Below, in pieces: positions 61,970 through 64,000 of a DNA stretch of 64,000 nt (position 1 is the first letter of the stretch; each line of letters opens with the position of its first letter). The DNA comes from Phaeosaccion multiseriatum (lineage: Eukaryota > Protista > Ochrophyta, other classes), in NCBI GenBank assembly GCA_965112735.1, contig OZ218963.1, positions 1,178,001-1,242,000 of the forward strand. The letters run 5' to 3'. The notes under the pieces were generated by a model. It saw only the letters and a list, made by a program, of their open reading frames with translations, had not been told where the DNA came from and searched no databases. The position numbers and the translations under genes are program-made.

Positions 61970-63694
61970 GTCTGTGACACGTACAAAAGACTTCGTCTCC
62001 CGAGCTGAGGTGCTGCCCCAGATAGGTCCATGTCTTTTCGTAATCAACAACGAGGACGGAGTTGAGTCCCTCCTCCACGCTCAGGCCCTGCAGCTCCGCC
62101 ACCTTCGTGCTGATGCCGGAGTAAAGCTTCCACTTCTCGTCTCTGAACCTGTTTGTGTGGGAAGACAAAAGCATGATCAATAACAACAAACAACAACAAC
62201 AACAACAACAACAGCAACAACAACAACAGCCGTGAAGAACAGCCCTGTGCCGAGCCCGAAAGGACCCTCCACGCACCCAGGGGTGGGCGTGCCAGATTGG
62301 ACCCCGCCCCCCCCCCACCCACCCCCAATGAGACTCACTTATAGCAAAGGAGCGGCTCGGCCCCCGCCTCGCTGCTGTTAAAAGTAAAGTTCGCAAAGTG
62401 TGCCCCCTCGTTGGTTCCGTTGCTCCACACGGGCACTTCAGTGACATAGGTGCGATTGGCCTCGAAGTCGTAGTGTTCGCCGAAGCCAATGACTTGTGCG
62501 TACAGCGGCAAGATATTGGCAGGAACTTCACAATCATCATCACTGTCATTGTCCTCCTCCTCGCTGCTGCCCCCTGCTGTGGCATGGATCCATCGGACTT
62601 TGTCGCGGACGGTTACGTCGCTACCGTGGAGTGCCCATGTTTCCATGACCCCAACGACGGAAACCTCCGTGCCGCCGATGTGTGTGGCCACACTCGACAG
62701 CGTGTGAACGTATGTGCTGATGTTGTACCTGATAGGCGGTGAGGAAGAGAGAGAGAGTACAAGTTAAGTAAGTGAGCCAGAAATCGCTGAGTCAGCTCGG
62801 GAGGGGCTTAGGCTCAGCACAAAATGTTACCCTACCCTACTCTGTGACCCCCTGCCTGTCTGCCTGTCTGCCTGTCTGCCTGCCTGCCTGCCTGCCTGCC
62901 TGCCCTTGTGCCTGCCTGCCTGCCGATACGCCTACTGCTCATGAGCAAGTCCATACGCCTACTGCTCATGCTCACACTCACCATTGATACGCCTACTGCT
63001 CATGCTCACACTCACCATTGATACGCCTACTGCTCATGCTCACACTCACCATTGATAGCCTACTGCTCATGCTCACACTCACCATTGATACGCCTACTGC
63101 TCATGCTCACACTCACCATTGATACGCCTACTGCTCATGCTCACACTCACCATTGATACGGCTACTGCTCATGCTCACACTCACTCACCATTGATAGCCT
63201 ACTGCTCATGCTCACACTCACTCACCATTGATACGGCTCGTTGTCGAACTTGTAACAGAGAAACAAATCAAGTCCTGCGGCCGTCACGTCGAGGATGAAG
63301 GAGGCGCTCGCATTGGCACGCACAAAGCGCGAGTAAGAGCCGCTCTCTGAGGGAAGGGAAGGGCAGGGGAGAGGAATGAGCAGAGAGGGCCCGGCTGTGG
63401 TCAGGTGACGGGGCATTGAGGAAGTGTAACCGTCGAAGTGTAACCGTCGAAGTGTAACCGTCGAAGTGTAACATGTCGTGCGTTGTTGATGTTGTTTCTT
63501 CGTGCTGTTGTGTGGCTGTTGTTTTGTTGTTGGTAGAGAGTGGAGCTGTGTATGCTACTTTCCCCCTCCCTCCTCCTCCCTCCCCCTCCCTCCCCCTCCC
63601 TCCTCCTCCTCACTCCTCCTCACCTGCGTTCTGCAATAGAGCGTCCTGGCTGCCGTCATCGGACATCTGACAGAAGGAGCTGTTGGTCGTCCAC
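49403..63694 (-). CDS. Very large extracellular-type multidomain protein, 5'-partial: at least 9 tandem 'GD.VKW..C..LCY.F..EP..Y' repeats, then SEA-like, Calx-beta, LamG/pentraxin-like and laminin IV(B)-like domains
   Basis: Calx-beta: [24 protein letters not shown]|[31 protein letters not shown]. LamG: [36 protein letters not shown]. Laminin B-like: [35 protein letters not shown] at 49403-49405. That all exons belong to one gene is inferred. Confidence 0.75.
52008..52375. repeat. (CAGA/TAGA)n microsatellite, intronic
   Basis: Direct reading. Confidence 0.95.
55131..55468. repeat. (GAGAGGAA)n 8-bp repeat; pyrimidine tract on the sense strand running up to the acceptor
   Basis: Direct reading. 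Confidence 0.95.
55694..55819. repeat. 14-bp tandem repeat (CCACAGTCRACTGA)n with internal dyad symmetry
   Basis: About 9 copies; CAGTCGACTG is palindromic. Confidence 0.95.
57231..57341. repeat. (TCAGGG)n hexamer, read as (CCCTGA)n on the sense strand, abutting a 3' splice site
   Basis: About 18 units; the minus strand reads ...CCCTGACCAG|GCACGGGCAAGAG. Confidence 0.95.
59838..59901 (-). mobile_element. Short dispersed repeat, copy 2 (intronic)
   Basis: CAGTTTTCAGTTTTCAGTTCATGTGACCTTATCAA...AAATGGAGTCGAT matches 30433-30478. Confidence 0.4.
60155..60570. repeat. (CCTCACA)n heptamer, read as (TGTGAGG)n on the sense strand after a donor site
   Basis: Direct reading. Confidence 0.95.
62925..63237 (-). 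repeat. ~34-bp minisatellite made of a duplicated exon/intron donor junction (TATCAATG|GTGAGTGTGAGCATGAGCAGTAGGCG)
   Basis: 8 copies of CCATTGAT at about 62981, 63015, 63049, 63082, 63116, 63150, 63188 and 63225; the last is the real exon end (EPYQW). Confidence 0.93.
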
Positions 63695-64000
63695 TGAGGA
63701 GAAGAGGAGGGCGAAGGAGACAACGAGCGAACGCGACGGGGGGGGGCGAATAGGGAGAGAGGAAGAGGGAGGGAGGGAGGGAGGGAGGAGGGAGTGAGGG
63801 ATGAAAACATACAAGAACGTGCGGGGGGTACTTCGAGGGGGCGCTGGGGGGGGGGGAAGGGGAAGGGAAGGGGAAGGGGGAGGGGGAAGGGGAAGGGGAA
63901 GGGAAGGGGAAGGAGAGGGAAGGGAAGGGGAAGGGAAGGGGAAGGGAAGGGGAAGGGAAGGGGAAGGGAAGGGGAAGGGGAAGGGGAAAGGGCGAGTTCT

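Overview
Eukaryotic, GC-rich, intron-rich genomic DNA from a flagellated protist. A stramenopile is the likely source, inferred from the PH-domain MAPK and the HxDxSLEN-type kinase, not proven. Nine protein-coding genes can be rebuilt by hand from splice sites. On the + strand: a ~2000-aa low-complexity protein with a C2H2 finger and three AT-hooks, a CAMK-like Ser/Thr kinase, IFT27/RABL4, Tudor-SN/SND1, and a PH-domain TEY MAP kinase. On the - strand: nucleoporin Nup160, RPS18, ALG13, and the 3' part of a very large extracellular-type protein (at least 9 unnamed Cys-containing repeats, then SEA-like, Calx-beta, LamG/pentraxin and laminin-IV-like domains). Six of the genes form three tight head-to-head pairs. 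Most ORFs in the supplied track are microsatellite artefacts. The most unusual biology is in the introns: microsatellites are polarised along the intron and are often arrays of splice signals. A dispersed motif (CTGTATCACCAACTG) flips orientation between donor and acceptor ends, exon/intron junctions are tandemly duplicated, and the palindrome TTACGTAA recurs. No tRNA, rRNA, CRISPR or intact transposon ORF was recognised.
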